Source of the DNA: Octopus sinensis
Taxonomy: Eukaryota
Assembly: GCF_006345805.1 (NCBI RefSeq)
Contig: NC_043005.1
Coordinates: forward strand, 67,022,001 to 67,086,000
Reading direction: 5' to 3'
DNA length: 64,000 nt
A program made the translations under genes and the position numbers. Below, in pieces: positions 12,531-25,649 of the stretch (position 1 is its first letter; the number at the start of each line of letters is the position of its first letter). The notes under the pieces are model-generated. The model was given only the letters and a program-made list of their open reading frames with translations, was not told the DNA's origin and did not search any database.

Positions 12531-13071
12531 CATAGGACACAAATTTGCTGCCATAACACACCGATCAAATGGAATTAACAATGGAATACTGTTCTCAGAA
12601 CGTGGACAGTGTTGTTACTATACATGTATTAATATTAATCCATAGCATAAAATAGGTCAATCAAGGGAGTAAACAGAATCCGTCTTCCATCCACACATGT
12701 CGGCTATTTCACCCCACCTTTCCTCAGTTATAACGTCAGTGCCTGCTACTTCTGTACTAATTGTAAGTCATTTCTATTCTGGATTCAACGAATGACAACT
12801 CAAGTTCTTTTTTTACAAAATAGCTATCTTCTGGAATTCATTTTTTGGTGTTTTCTCTTGTTGTGCTCAAATTGAAGTTGTTCATGGGCTACATCACTAA
12901 ATACTTTAACGGTCAGGCAGAATTTGATAAGGCAACTGTCAGAGCCCCTACCTTTATACAACGTTATTAAAATAAATTCTGATATGACTGTTATTTGAAC
13001 TCAATTAACATCCTGTATAATACACATTACAAGTGATTACTTTAACACTTCTCTTATTTTATATGTTTTAA

Positions 13072-13468
13072 GGCGGCGAGCTGGCAGAAACGTTAGCACG
13101 CCGGGCAAAATGCGTAGCCGTATTTCGTCTACCGTTACGTTCTGAGTTCAAATTCTGCCGAGGTCTACTTTGCCTTTCATCCTTTCGGGATCGATTAAAT
13201 AAGTACCAGTTACGCACTGGGGTCGATGTAATCGACTTAATTCGTCTCTCAGTCCTTGTTTGTCATCTCTGTGTTTAGCCCCTTGTGGGTAGTAAAGAAA
13301 TAGGTATTTTGCCGGTCTCTACGTTCTGAGTTCAAATTCCGCCGGGGTCGACTGTGCCTTTCATCCTTTCGTGGACGATAAATTAACTGCCAGTTGAGTA
13401 CTAGGGCCGATGTAATCGACTTAACTCTCCCCTCAAACTCCCAGGCTTTGTGCGTATAGTGAAAAGAA
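13072..13468 (+). mobile_element. SINE family A dimer: head + [body+tail A] + [body+tail B]
   Basis: Body restarts (GTATTT) at 13120 and 13304, a 184 bp period; B-box-like GAGTTCAAATTC; central GGTCGACT..GCCTTTCATCCTTTCG domain. Confidence 0.9.
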
Positions 13469-13874
13469 CGCATAAGTGATTTTATTTTAGACCAATGTTT
13501 TAGTCATTGAATATTGTATATGTTCGGGCAACATCTTCAAGTGTCAATCGAGTCAATTAAAATAGCATTGATGCTAATACAAAAGTTAGTTATTTTTTCC
13601 ATTAATATATGTCGACCTGCTAGGTTATTGGAAAACGAAAGAACGCATCATAACTACAACAATTTCAGGACTGACGAAAGCCTAACCTCTCTTTCACTCT
13701 CACATGCACCTCTTTATAAAGGACTTTGACAGGCGAAAACTATCCTAATGTACACGGTGCACACAAACACATATGTATGTATATGTATGTATGTGTGTGT
13801 GTGTGTGGGGGGCGTATGTATGTATGTATCTACGTATGCACACATATACACATACACACTCACAAATACACATG

Positions 13875-14125
13875 TTCTCGTGGTTAATACGTGACATCCA
13901 TGATTGCAAGTTCGTGGCTTCCATTCACAGCTCATCGGTACGCTGTATACAGGAACAAAGAACTTCATTTCATGTTGCTCCAATCCACAAAGCTCTAAAC
14001 GGGTAGCCCAGCGCTGAACTGACTTTTCGTTCGGGGTGAGTGTTGCGCTACATGCCTACCCAGTGGGTAACAACATTCGCAAGATAAAGAAAGAAATGAT
14101 GCACATTGTGACCAGTGGATTCGCA
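13875..14125 (+). mobile_element. Degenerate tRNA-derived SINE related to the 5.8 kb element
   Basis: GTGGTTA head remnant and ATTTCATGTTGCTCCAATCCAC core. Confidence 0.55.
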
Positions 14126-14371
14126 TATGAATAGTGAATACATGATTGAAGAGACATCAATTTTTCATTCAGATTTATGTATGTAACCACTGCACGGACA
14201 AAATCATGTTTCCAACTCTTAGTGTAGATGTTTAGAACTAAGCAATTAAATGAAGTTAGTAGTCATACATCTGCCGTATCTGCTAATGTACAGCCCTTTA
14301 AGCCTTTACATATATTTACTTACAGCGCCATAAATATGTCAAATAAAATTTATTCAATGAACCAGAAATCC

Positions 14372-14403
<32 letters not shown>

Positions 14404-14599
14404 ATTTTAGTGGAGGGGAAATGTTATGTTAGCTCAGAATTGGAAACAATATTTGTCATTCAAGCTTTAGTGAAGGATTCTTCTGTTCAGCCGTAGCGGT
14501 AGAGGCAAGCTGTAAAGCAACATTAGCAGCGTGTTTTGCAGGCAAGTAATTATCAGCCGTACTAGCTATGATCAACATCATCATCGCTATCGTCGTAGG

Positions 14600-14830
14600 A
14601 GCGGTGGTGGTGGTGATGGTGGCGGCAGAGGTAATGTGTTGGTGGTCGAGATAACGGTGTTAGTGATGGAAGTGTTGGTGAGGTGGTAGAAGTAATAATG
14701 CTAGTAGTGATGCTGGTAGTAGTAGTAGTAGTAGTAGTAGTAGTATGTACACCAGCAGCAGTGGCAACGGCAGCCATAGTTGTCATTGTAATAGTAATTA
14801 CTTGTGTTATCGTAGTGGTAATTTTGGCCG
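14600..14830. repeat. Degenerate (GTA/GTG/GCA)n trinucleotide low-complexity tract
   Basis: Direct reading; it produces poly-T/poly-V ORFs. Confidence 0.85.
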
Positions 14831-15879
14831 TTTACCGATTTATCTCGATATCCAAAATAGATCTGTAGCTATGTCGTTAATACAACTAATATAATATGTA
14901 CGGCGTCTTATATCTGCCTAGACCGAATCCTAATATCGTTATCGCAGGGCTTCTTTTGAAAATCACCTTTTAAATTGCAATAAATATTGACAATAGTCCA
15001 TGCGTTTAATATTAGATTATCATTTTGAAGTGTAGTTTAATCAATAATTAATAATGTTATTTGATCACAGAAGGAATTATATTTTTCAAATTGAAATGAT
15101 TATTCCAAGCATAGGATGACGTCATTATTGAGTACTAAGCTTCATGCCTAGAGGGGTTGGTTTTTTTTCAATTTAATTTAATTTAATATTGATACCATGC
15201 GATTATTCAGTGTTAACACTCAGTCGTGTAGCAGGAAAAAAAATGTAATATAAATATACAGCAAACACTTGCAATTATATAGAAAAAACTGAATACTGTT
15301 TGATGCACTTTAATTAATTTAATCAATTAATTTACAAGTTAGATAGAATCACTTCTCTGACGTTTTATGACAAGATATAGGTCAAGACGTATACAAAACA
15401 TATTCTTCCGCAGAAAATACTCTAATTTCCTTCACTTTTGCTTTTAGTTATAATTTCCGTTAATCTGTAGAAAATTGTGAAACATAGTATCACTGTCCTT
15501 ATGAATTTTCTTTGCTCATGCAACTTCTTTCATGGATGGAAGATTTGAAAACGGTTCACTTTCGGAAAAATGATTATAGATATCCAGCAGTCAACATAAT
15601 AATGACGTTAATAAAACGCCGCAATTGGAATAAATTAATATCATAGGATATGATTGATTTAAAACACTGTTTTCAGTTTCCAGACTGACAGAGGCGCTTC
15701 TTATGCGCCTTATGAACAAATTCGATAAATTGGTGTTGAATGAAAAGAAGAGTGCAATTAAACCGTTACGTTTCGATATTTATGAATACCATTCCAGTTA
15801 GAACTCTAATACAGTAATAAATGCAAACGTGATTCTATGACTGATCGACCGAATTATCCCACCCGGTAGTTTTAGATAC

Positions 15880-16640
15880 GGAATTTTACACAGTACTAAG
15901 CTGTAAGTTGAACAGAAACAGCTTGATCATTTAATTTCAGAAAAGATTGCGATATTTTCTATTTTCTATAAAGGGATGTGTAACCGGCCGGGTGAACAGG
16001 AAAAAGGAGAGGAAAGTTTAGCTCTGTAATTGATCATATCGAAAGGTAAATTGCCCACTAACCGCCTGCAGTATTGAGGATATTACGCTTCGATTGAATC
16101 ATTTAATTTTATTTCCACTACGAACGACTTTTAAACTCAAAATTTAGATCATACAATTGCCTTTCTTTGATAAAATTCTTACTCTGATAACTTATGACTT
16201 TCATAAATAGTCACATGTCATGCTAGTGATGTACCTTTTGTCGTCCTTTTGCCAGTTTAGTGTAACAACATTAGTATTTTCGCTTCTATAGTTTTACAAG
16301 AGAATGAGGTTTTGATTTTCTGTCCCAAGGAAACCATTATGTTAAAACTGCTTTTCAATGCATTCAGCAACTGAAACACTTCAAGCAATAAAATAAATAT
16401 ATGTGCATTAGCAGCATACGTATCGATTATATAGGTTGCCTTTTTTAAAGGAGTATCATTATCCAGACATCTCTCTCGTGTTCTTTTTCCTTCCTGATGA
16501 CTATAATATATGATTTGCAGGTTAAAAAAAAAACGCAAGAAACTATCGTAATCGTACGACGATATCTTTGAGACCGAAGTTAACTGTGATAAGGATGAGG
16601 TCTAAATATACTATGAGGAATATCAATAGAAGTAAATAAA
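15880..16640 (-). mobile_element. Highly decayed piggyBac-like transposase relic
   Basis: Minus-strand remnants in piggyBac order: GKRTRERCLDNDT (DN motif), VVTLNWQKDDKRYITS (WxD motif), NTAGG...DQL (GGVD/DQ motif). Confidence 0.4.
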
Positions 16641-16949
16641 GGCTTTATACAGCAGCAGAACTCGTACACATGCGTGCGCTCACACACGCAGACACTCACA
16701 CATACACATGCACGAACGCACACACACACGCATATACATGCACGCACACAGAATCACACACGCACATGGTTTAACCCGTTAGAAGATTAAACAATGTCTA
16801 TCCAACATGTCGTCCATGCCGGAATGCTGTAGCGGTTAAAATTAATGTTCAGCTTTGAATTTCTCTTGGATACTGCTCCTAGTGAAGCATGAAGATACCC
16901 AATTTTGAGGAATTTCAGGCGTTTCATACAGATGTGGACAAAAATATTT

Positions 16950-18500
16950 AGTAGTTTTAAGGCACAGCACACTAGACATGTTGGAGACGAAACAGTTTTA
17001 TCAGGTAACATAACGTTTTGTATACAACCTATAATATTCTGTGAGTTGTTATTGTCCCATTTCTGATTGTCTGATGGGATCAAAACAAGAGCCCATCTTA
17101 TCCTTGTATACGATGAGCAGCGAAGAAACGGTTTTCGTTCTAAAACGAAATAGATTTTGAACAATAATTTTTGTCATCCTCTCTATATGCAATCTCCCTT
17201 AACTTGAGTTTGCATAGCCTTGCATTTGTAATTTTTTTGTTTCTTGGGTAGGATAGAAGTCTCTAGTACATATATAGCAGATCTACAGTTACAAGAGTTG
17301 TGTTTTCAGACAAAAATTATTCGATGGCGATAAGGAATATAATTTGACATTTAAAATTTTAGGAATGAATGCGATAATTCCCATTTGAGGATGGTGTGAG
17401 AAATTCAAGATGCTTATCGTTACATAGTGAGTATTATTGAAAAGAACACTATGTCAAAGTAAGAAAGAAACTTCCGGAGCACTGTTTGTAGTGATAGAAT
17501 TTTCCAGAGAGGTTTTTGATTTTTGCACATTTATGTATTTGTTTTGAAAGATTCTAAGTGTGAGATCGTATGTTGAAACAAATATTGTTATATTTCCGGG
17601 AGGTCATTATTTTTTTCTTGTCAAATAAACACACATGCTCTATATTCATTCTTCACTCGTTTATTATTGCTCTTATTTTTCCTTATATTCATTGTCTGGA
17701 AATCTTTCATCACACACCTGTGACCTCTTCAGCGACATTTCCATCCCACGTTTCTCCTACATTCGTGTTGCGTCCATGCTGTTGGCTATGGTGTGTATCC
17801 TTTTCTACGCATGTTTGCGTCTGTATCTGTTTCCGTGCTAGCACATCGTCCCAATCGAAGTCATGTATATTGAAAGATAATCTTTGGAGGATGTATTCAA
17901 TCTCATTTCGATGCATGGTGTCTGGGTTTATTTATCCAGGTCCATCTCTTTTTACAGATATTCCTGAACAGCTTGTTCCTGAAATAAAGTGTTTTGGCAA
18001 TAGTCTCTAAACGTTTCTCCTCTTTCATTTCTCCCATCGAATCCAAATTTTACGTCACGTTTCTCAGCTTGCCGCCTTTTCCCGACATTTGCTTAGAAAT
18101 CTCGCATTACGACGGTGTATGTTGATTTGTGAGAACGCACTTTTCTTACTCAAGATCGAATTCATTGATTTCATCACCATCACTGATACATTTTGGTGCA
18201 TTGATCAGGATAATCTTGAAGGGGGAATTTCCAGAGAAGCGTGTGATGATAACAAATGGAAGGATAGAAGATTTGAGATCCATTTCTTTAACTTAAGGTT
18301 ATACTACTTCTGTTTTACCCAGTCTCACAATACACGCAGCCACCCGTCTCAGATTTCATTCTCCCCTTCAATGTTTTTCAAAGACTCCCATCACATCACA
18401 TTTGATGTTACTCTTTCCTCTAAAAGATGAATTATTCAACGTTTCCTAGAATGAAGAGACGCAGATGTTCATGGAAATGTCGATGTTAGGAATACGTTTG
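16950..18500 (-). mobile_element. RTE-clade LINE relic (AP endonuclease and C-terminal region; RT apparently deleted)
   Basis: Minus strand: NIKCDVMGVFE, IILINAPK..DEINEF, TYTVVMRDF, KFGFDGRNERGE, KRWTWIN, RNEIEYIL; then YVLETS and RIRWA (RTE C-terminus). Confidence 0.8.
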
Positions 18501-18614
18501 CGAGAGTATATATCTGAAACAAGATATACTGGATTGTATATGTCGTAGGTTTTACACACCACTGATGAACCCGTAAAGTTATTGAGTTCCAACAATCATA
18601 ACAATGATAATAAT

Positions 18615-18827
18615 ATTTTCAAATTTTGGCACTAAGGCAACAAGTTTAGGGGAGGGGTTAAGTTGATAGCATCAGCCCCAGTGCTCGATTGATAGTTATT
18701 TGATCGACCCCGAAAGGATGAAAGGTAAATTCGGCCTCAGTTGAATTTGAACACAGAACGTAAAGTCGGACGGAATGTGGCTAACTATTTTTCCCAGTAT
18801 GTTGAAGATTCTTCAAGCTTACCCCTA
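18615..18827 (-). mobile_element. SINE family A monomer (tail B)
   Basis: TCGACCCCGAAAGGATGAAAGG core on the + strand; GGGGAGGGG tail-B motif. Confidence 0.8.
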
Positions 18828-18860
18828 AATAATAATAATAATATAATAATAATAATAATA

Positions 18861-18899
<39 letters not shown>
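18828..18899. repeat. (TAA)n, 5' flank of the Dong element
   Basis: Direct reading. Confidence 0.95.
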
Positions 18900-18901
<2 letters not shown>

Positions 18902-20206
18902 TAACACTTAAGCTGTCCCAGTTATAAGTTACAGCTACAATATCCTTAACTGGACACTAAATGAACTGACCAAAATAGATTGGAAAACAAGAAAAATAAT
19001 GACAGGACCTAGGATGCATCACCCAAAATCTGACATAGAAAGACTATATATACAACGTATATAAGGTGGTAGAGGCCTTATACAGCTGGAAAACTACTAT
19101 AAAATAACCACCATAAGACTGCAAAAATATCTACTTCAGAAGGAAGGAAAACTGATACAAATAGCAGCAAACCACGAGCAAAACAAAATACTGTTCTCAG
19201 TATTTAAGGAAGCTGACAAATACAAACAAGAAATCATACCACCTAATAAATATGAAGAAGAAGAAGATGAAGAAGCAACAAAAGCTATAAAACAAATGAA
19301 ATCCAAACTAAAACTAGAACAGCAAAGAACCATGATAAAATGATGGCAAGAAAAGACCATTCATGGTAAATACTGGACTAAACTAAATGCAAAAGAAATA
19401 GACAAAGAAAAATCCCAGCAATGGTTGAGAAGCTCAGGACTCAAAGCAGAGACAGAGGGATTTTTAATTGCAGCACAAAACCAAAGCCTCCCCACCAGAA
19501 ATTACCAAAAACATGTAATGAAAAGAAATATAACAAGTAACTGCAGAATATGTGGAGATGGACAAGAAACAATAAATCATATTATCTCTGGCTGCCCAGT
19601 CCTGGCTAAGAAGGAATATATTCACAGACATGAAAGACTTGGAACCTACATACACTGGAATCTATGCCAACATTATGGAATAATATCAGAAAAAAGATGG
19701 TATAGGCACACACCAGAAAAGGTCACAGAAAACGACAAAGCAACCATACTCTGGGATATGCCGATACACACAGATAGAGAAATTAAGGCCAACAGACCAG
19801 ATATAGTTGTCAGAAATCATGAAGAAAAAAATGCTTCCTAATTGATGTATCAATACCAGCAGATGACAACGTGTCTCTAAAAGAAATGGAGAAACTTTCA
19901 AAATACAAAGACCTGGAAATAGACGTAACCAGAATGTGGAATCTAAAAACAGGAACAATTCATATCATAATAGGTGCATTAGGCATGATAAACAATATTC
20001 AGACAAATACATAACAAAAACACCAGGACTTACAAACACATATAACATGCATAAAATTGCACTACTAGGCACTGTACACATCCTACGCAGAACGCTTTCC
20101 ATACAATAACCATCGGAGCATCACAACAAATCACAGTACATACCCAAGGCACACAGAGCTGCGCTCGGTAGTGAATTGAAAGCACGCTATAAAAATAAAA
20201 CTACTG
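18899..20206 (+). mobile_element. 5'-truncated R4/Dong-clade non-LTR retrotransposon (CCHC knuckle + restriction-like endonuclease)
   Basis: AVPVISYS, MHHPKSDIERLY, HGKY, TEGFLIAAQNQSL, CRICGDGQETINHIISGC, WDMPIHTDREIKANRPDIVV, KYKDL; ends CTACTG+(AAT)n; TAA repeats on both sides; a few stops and frameshifts. Confidence 0.92.
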
Positions 20207-20228
20207 AATAATAATAATAATAATAATA

Positions 20229-20262
<34 letters not shown>

Positions 20263-20282
20263 TAATAATAATAATAATAATG

Positions 20283-20346
<64 letters not shown>
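20207..20346. repeat. (TAA)n, 3' flank of the Dong element
   Basis: Direct reading. Confidence 0.97.
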
Positions 20347-20347
<1 letters not shown>

Positions 20348-20470
20348 CCTCTCTGGTATAGGCACAAGGCCTGAAATTTTGAGGGAGGGATTAGTTGATT
20401 ACATAGACTCCAGTGTTTCACTGGTACTTAATCTATCGACCCCGAAACGATGAAATGCAAAGTCGACCCA
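20347..20470 (-). mobile_element. SINE family A, 5'-truncated (tail B), abutting (TAA)n
   Basis: GGCACAAGGCCTGAAATTTTGAGGGAGGG...ATCGACCCCGAAACGATGAAATGCAAAGTCGACC. Confidence 0.8.
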
Positions 20471-20899
20471 ACAAGAACAGCAATAACAATAATACTGATA
20501 ATGATAATATATATTTTGCGTGTGTGTGTTTGTGCGTGTGTGTGTTTATATGTGTGTGTGTGTGTGATGAATAATTTTCTCTTTTACATTTATAAGCATA
20601 TCTTCTGTAAAATGTCTCCTATTAAGTATTTGTAGTAAGTCTAAACAATATATAACTACTTAGAACAGCTAAACAATATAAAATGCTTTTAAAACGTAAT
20701 CGTGTGTCTCTGAAAGAATATATCTAACACATAAAGATACAGTATTGTAAGACACGCATTTATATTCTTACAAAATATAGGAAAATAGTATGTTAGCTTC
20801 AATTAATTGTCTTCTCTTCATCTAATATCCATTCCTCGCACTTCTCATTAAAACAAGTAACAAGTTCTACTTTTATTACAGGCGTGATTTAAACTGTCG

Positions 20900-21780
20900 G
20901 TATATCAGCTTGAAGATCTATTACCCAAGAAAATAATGATAACTTTTATTATATTCAATTCAACTAAATGAATCAAAAGGAATAAACTTGTACGTGTAGA
21001 GTTATTGCCTTTCTCAGGAAGGTGAAGCGAAATGTATTGGTTTCAGCACAAAATTCTCCGTTCATAGACACAGTAGTTAATGTTTACCCTCTGACAATAA
21101 CAACGAAAGTTAGAAGTACGCTTTTGCATTATGTAAATATTACATCAATTTTATTTCAGAAGCATTCGGATCTCTAATTGTTTTTAGGAAAATGACTTCA
21201 TAAAAGGATGAATGTTGAAACTAGAGCAATTTCGATATGGAAGAATAAATACAGTTATTTAAGAACCTCGGAAACAAGTATACTCACTTACTTGTTATTT
21301 CTTACTGCAAGATCTGAGAACTAGCATTATCGTACTTCATAGCAGAATATACTATTAAAAATAAATGAAAATTGAATATAACAGCTTTTGTGTGTTCTTA
21401 TACAGTTAAAGTGACACGTTTACGACGTAATTATTCAGAATTAGAAGTTTTATTGTGCTTATAGGTTTTGCAGCAATTTCTTAAAATGCCAGTTATATTC
21501 TTATCTGCATCACAATTTCAGCTGAAAATTATCAAATACCTACTACTGTATTTTCAATCGATCCAGGAAGACAAAACTATTTTTGCGACGTAACACATTC
21601 AAATTTAGTTCACAATATTACAATTTAAGCGTTATTGTTTTCACTTTATTGTTTCATTTATGGAAATGAGTCAAGTGAAAATTGTTGAAAAACGAATAGA
21701 ATTTCTTTAGACATCCATTTGGTAACAACAAATAAAACTCGGTTCGATATTTTAATGTTGAAGCTTTCATTTCCATTGCT
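20900..21780 (+). mobile_element. Decayed hAT (Buster/Charlie-type) transposase relic
   Basis: YSIQLNES (20952-20975; cf. FSLQLDES), CIGFST (cf. CxGxxTDGA) and C-terminal K.R..L.VE-like remnants, in order. Confidence 0.45.
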
Positions 21781-23611
21781 ATCCTTTTCAATTATAAGTT
21801 CTGAAAGATATTTCTTATACAAAAATATCGACCGCTGAAAGACGAGTTGTTAAACAATATTGGATGTTATTTTTCGTTTTATTTTATTCAAAAGCAAGTC
21901 CAAGATCACTGATTTTAAAACAACTTTTTTCATCTTGTTTTCATTAATAATATTTCATTTGGTAAGATCTATTCTTAGTATTAATTTTAAAAGATTATAA
22001 GAAAAGAACATAAAATTGTCAAATGCTGATTAAATTTCATTTTTAAAAGGTCAAGGAAAATATAGAATTATTAAAGCATACAAATAAGCAGCATCAAACC
22101 TTTGCATATTAAATCAATTACTTCAGAAATTAATTACTGAATTACCGACTAATCTGAAAGAATTACCCATTGTTTTAATAGTGTTTGACTTTTATGCGAT
22201 TTGTGATATTACTTATATTTATCTCATAAGCCATCAATCATGATTGAATCGTGGATTTTCCATCATCAATAAATATCACTTAAACATAACTTAAGATATA
22301 CCAAACTAACTACCACAATTAGATTTGTTGTTTTATGAAAGTATCACGGCGTAATGCATTTGAAGTCATACGAATAATTTAACGGAACGGATTTTCAAAA
22401 ACAATGTTATAATTAGCAGCTCATTTATTTTTAAGTAGGAAATAAAAAGAAGAAAATGATCCATAAATTCCCAGCTAACGTAAAATAAAACTAGTTTTAT
22501 GATAAAACATAAACTATAGACCTTAAAAGTTAACTATTAATATATGAAACTGACGAAATTTAATTCTATTGAGGTGCCAACTACCATATTTTACAAATCA
22601 ACATGGAACTTGTATTCCAACTTAATCGATCAGATTTATTGAAGATTTAGAACATTACTGCATAATATTTTGGAAAATATAAGCTAAAGATTTGAGTAAA
22701 ATATTATTGCATATAATCTCTATTTTTCCCATTTTTTTCCGACCCAGCGTTATGATTGACATAATGTTTTCAAAAATGTTGGATTATAAATCCATTAATA
22801 TCCTTAGTCTTATTTATAAGTCAGGAGAAAGCAGTGTTTACTTCTATATGAAAAGAGACATTAATATATTTAGGAAATCGCTTGTAAACATATACAAATG
22901 AGTTATTTAAACCATTTTCTTTAATACACTTTATAGATATTTCGGAATAGAAATGTGTACGAGATATAAGCAAACGCATGTAATTCAAATCCCAATAAGT
23001 AACGATAACTGTGCTGAAATTTAAGACTTTTATGTGTTCCAAAACCCCTTCTTTGTGTTAAATTCTTTTGTTGTTATATCAATACCAATGGAGATGGCGC
23101 CATATTAACTTTTTCTTAAGCTTTCATTTTAGCATACAATTCCAAAATATCTTGTATTAATTCTCAATTTTTTCCCATTCAACAAAAGGCACAGAAACCA
23201 ACGACTACCAAATTAACGAAATGACACAACAATCAACGATATTACAGTATTTGAACAGAGAGTGTTAACAATAAAGTTCGTTGGTGAATTCAGATAATTA
23301 GATTTGTGCTTCTTTGTATTATCTCCTATCGTCGTGTGTGCGACTCATTAATTTATAATATATCCTAAAATGTCATAAAACATTGTTTTAAAAGGAAATT
23401 AATTTGAAAAAAACAATCGCTGCTTTTACTTTCACCCAAAATGTCCGACGTTCAACCAGATTGCTTGTCAAAATAAAAGCGACTAAGAGACTGACAGGCT
23501 GACACAGGAAAGAGAGTGTGTCTGATATACAGATATTTTCGAGCAAAGTAACGTTTATACACGCATGACTATTTCTATTCATACATACATACATACATAT
23601 ATATATATATA

Positions 23612-23769
23612 GGCGCAGGCGTGGCTGTGTGGCATGAGATTTACTTCTCGGCCATATGGTACCGGGTTCAGTGGTGTGGCACCTTGGGCAAGTATCTTCT
23701 ACTATAGGCTCGAGTCGACTTGTGAGTGGATTTTGTTGACTGAAACTGAAAGTCGCCCATATGTATATG

Positions 23770-23863
<94 letters not shown>

Positions 23864-24060
23864 ATTTTTGTGTCCGTGTTTCTATCCCGACCATCGATTG
23901 ACAACTGATGCTGGTGTGCTTCACGCCCAGGTAACTTAGAGGTTCAGCAAAAGAGCCCGATAGTATAAGAACTAAGCATACAATGCATAAGTCCTGGGGT
24001 CGATTTCTAAAGGTGATGCTCCTGCATGGCCGCAGTCACATGACTGAAAGAAGTAAAAGA
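23612..24060 (+). mobile_element. SINE family B (tRNA-like head, CORE-like CACCTTGGGCAAG, internal (TA)n(TG)n, LINE-like tail)
   Basis: GGCGCAGGCGTGGCTGTGTGG head; ACCTTGGGCAAGTATCTTCTACTATAG; tail GCTCCTGCATGGCCGCAGTCACATGACTGAAAGAAGTAAAAGA. Confidence 0.88.
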
Positions 24061-24107
24061 ATAGACAAACAGACAGAGATACATACATACATAAACGCAC
24101 ACACACA

Positions 24108-24126
24108 CAGATAGATAGATTGATAA

Positions 24127-24223
<97 letters not shown>

Positions 24224-24230
24224 CAGACAG
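24108..24230. repeat. (GATA)n microsatellite
   Basis: Direct reading. Confidence 0.97.
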
Positions 24231-25649
24231 ACACCTGCACTGGTTAATATCAAATAAACTATAAGGTGAAGCCACATTAGTTAATATGCAAACTAACTTC
24301 GTAACTAGAGACGAAAAATTACAGTTTCCTGTTGTAGCTTTTGTAAAAGAAATCAGACTACTCACTCTCTGACAAGTCATTCTCAAGTGTCGCTATTTTG
24401 TGATGCTGATTTTTTTCGGTGGTAAACACATTCTGTGGACTAATATTGTTAGATGAAAGAAAATAAATTTTTGCTCGCTTCTCCAGTTCAGTAACAAGCA
24501 TACATTATACCTTCATACCATATCATTAAATGATACTTAAACGAATATCCTATACTTGGGTTGGTGCGGTTTGTTTTTTTTAAATCTGAAAGTGATAAAC
24601 TTTCCAACTGAAATGATACATATCAGAGAATCTAATTTGTTCTTCAATGTGAATAGATGTGAACGTCTATTGATTCTTTCACTTATTTGTATGTGACAGA
24701 TTCTCGACGTGTCACTGTATGTGACAGATTCTCGGCGTATCAATGGCATATTTGGATGTTTACGAAGTCAGAAATTGGTTGTTGAGGTGGGAAGCATTAA
24801 GTTTTATATCAGAGTTTATGGTCTGACATCAAAAAGAGTTATGTTACCCAGACACAAATATTCTAACCATAACACTTTTAGTAAAGAAGGGTTTGCTCTG
24901 TGTATCTGTTGATGATAAATCATGATTATGAAGTATAAAATTTTCAATGCTCTGTGTACATTGCCTTTGCAATCAGGGATGGCTTTTTCTGTTTATGAAA
25001 TAGGGAAGAATTCTATTACGGCACAGCGTAATATTTTAACGGCAAATTTTCACATCCTGAAGCAGCTATCACTGTCTCTGAAAATAAGATACCCTGTACT
25101 ATATAGCTGACGGCACCAACCATTACGTCGTCTATGAATATGACAAATCTAGAGAAACACAAAGTTAGCCATGGACGCTTACAACCCCTACTTTACAAAT
25201 GCCACCCCTATTAATCTTTCTCATATATGACTTTCCAAATTTTTCTAAACCACTACTACCCACTTCCCTCTGTGTCTCCAACATTCTAAATAGCATCTTA
25301 TTTCTCCTCTTTAGAAAGGTAGTTAATACTACCTCCATTCCTTTGGATACTAAACTGTCGGCCTCTAACCCTTCCATAATCATATCCCGCTATTCAATTT
25401 CATACACCTCTGCATGCAATGGTCCCCACCTCCAATACCAACCAAATTCATTTTTCTTACTAGCAACTACTATATAGACCACCAAGTCACCCCAACTCTG
25501 TCCAACCATTTATCTTCCCTCATACCTCACTTCATGCTTTAGTAATCTCCCTCAGCCACTGAACCAGTAAACTTATTTCGCTCAAATGGCCATTCCCTTT
25601 CTCCCTATCTTAACCATTAATTCTATACCCTTCATACAAATTATTATTA

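Noticed and set aside
24688-24743. 28 bp tandem duplication with an internal hairpin
   Set aside because: Only two units; ordinary local slippage.
25165-25640. Minus-strand purine-rich ORFs, possibly a LINE AP endonuclease
   Set aside because: Only faint GYR..DR and GGD similarities; too decayed to support a call.
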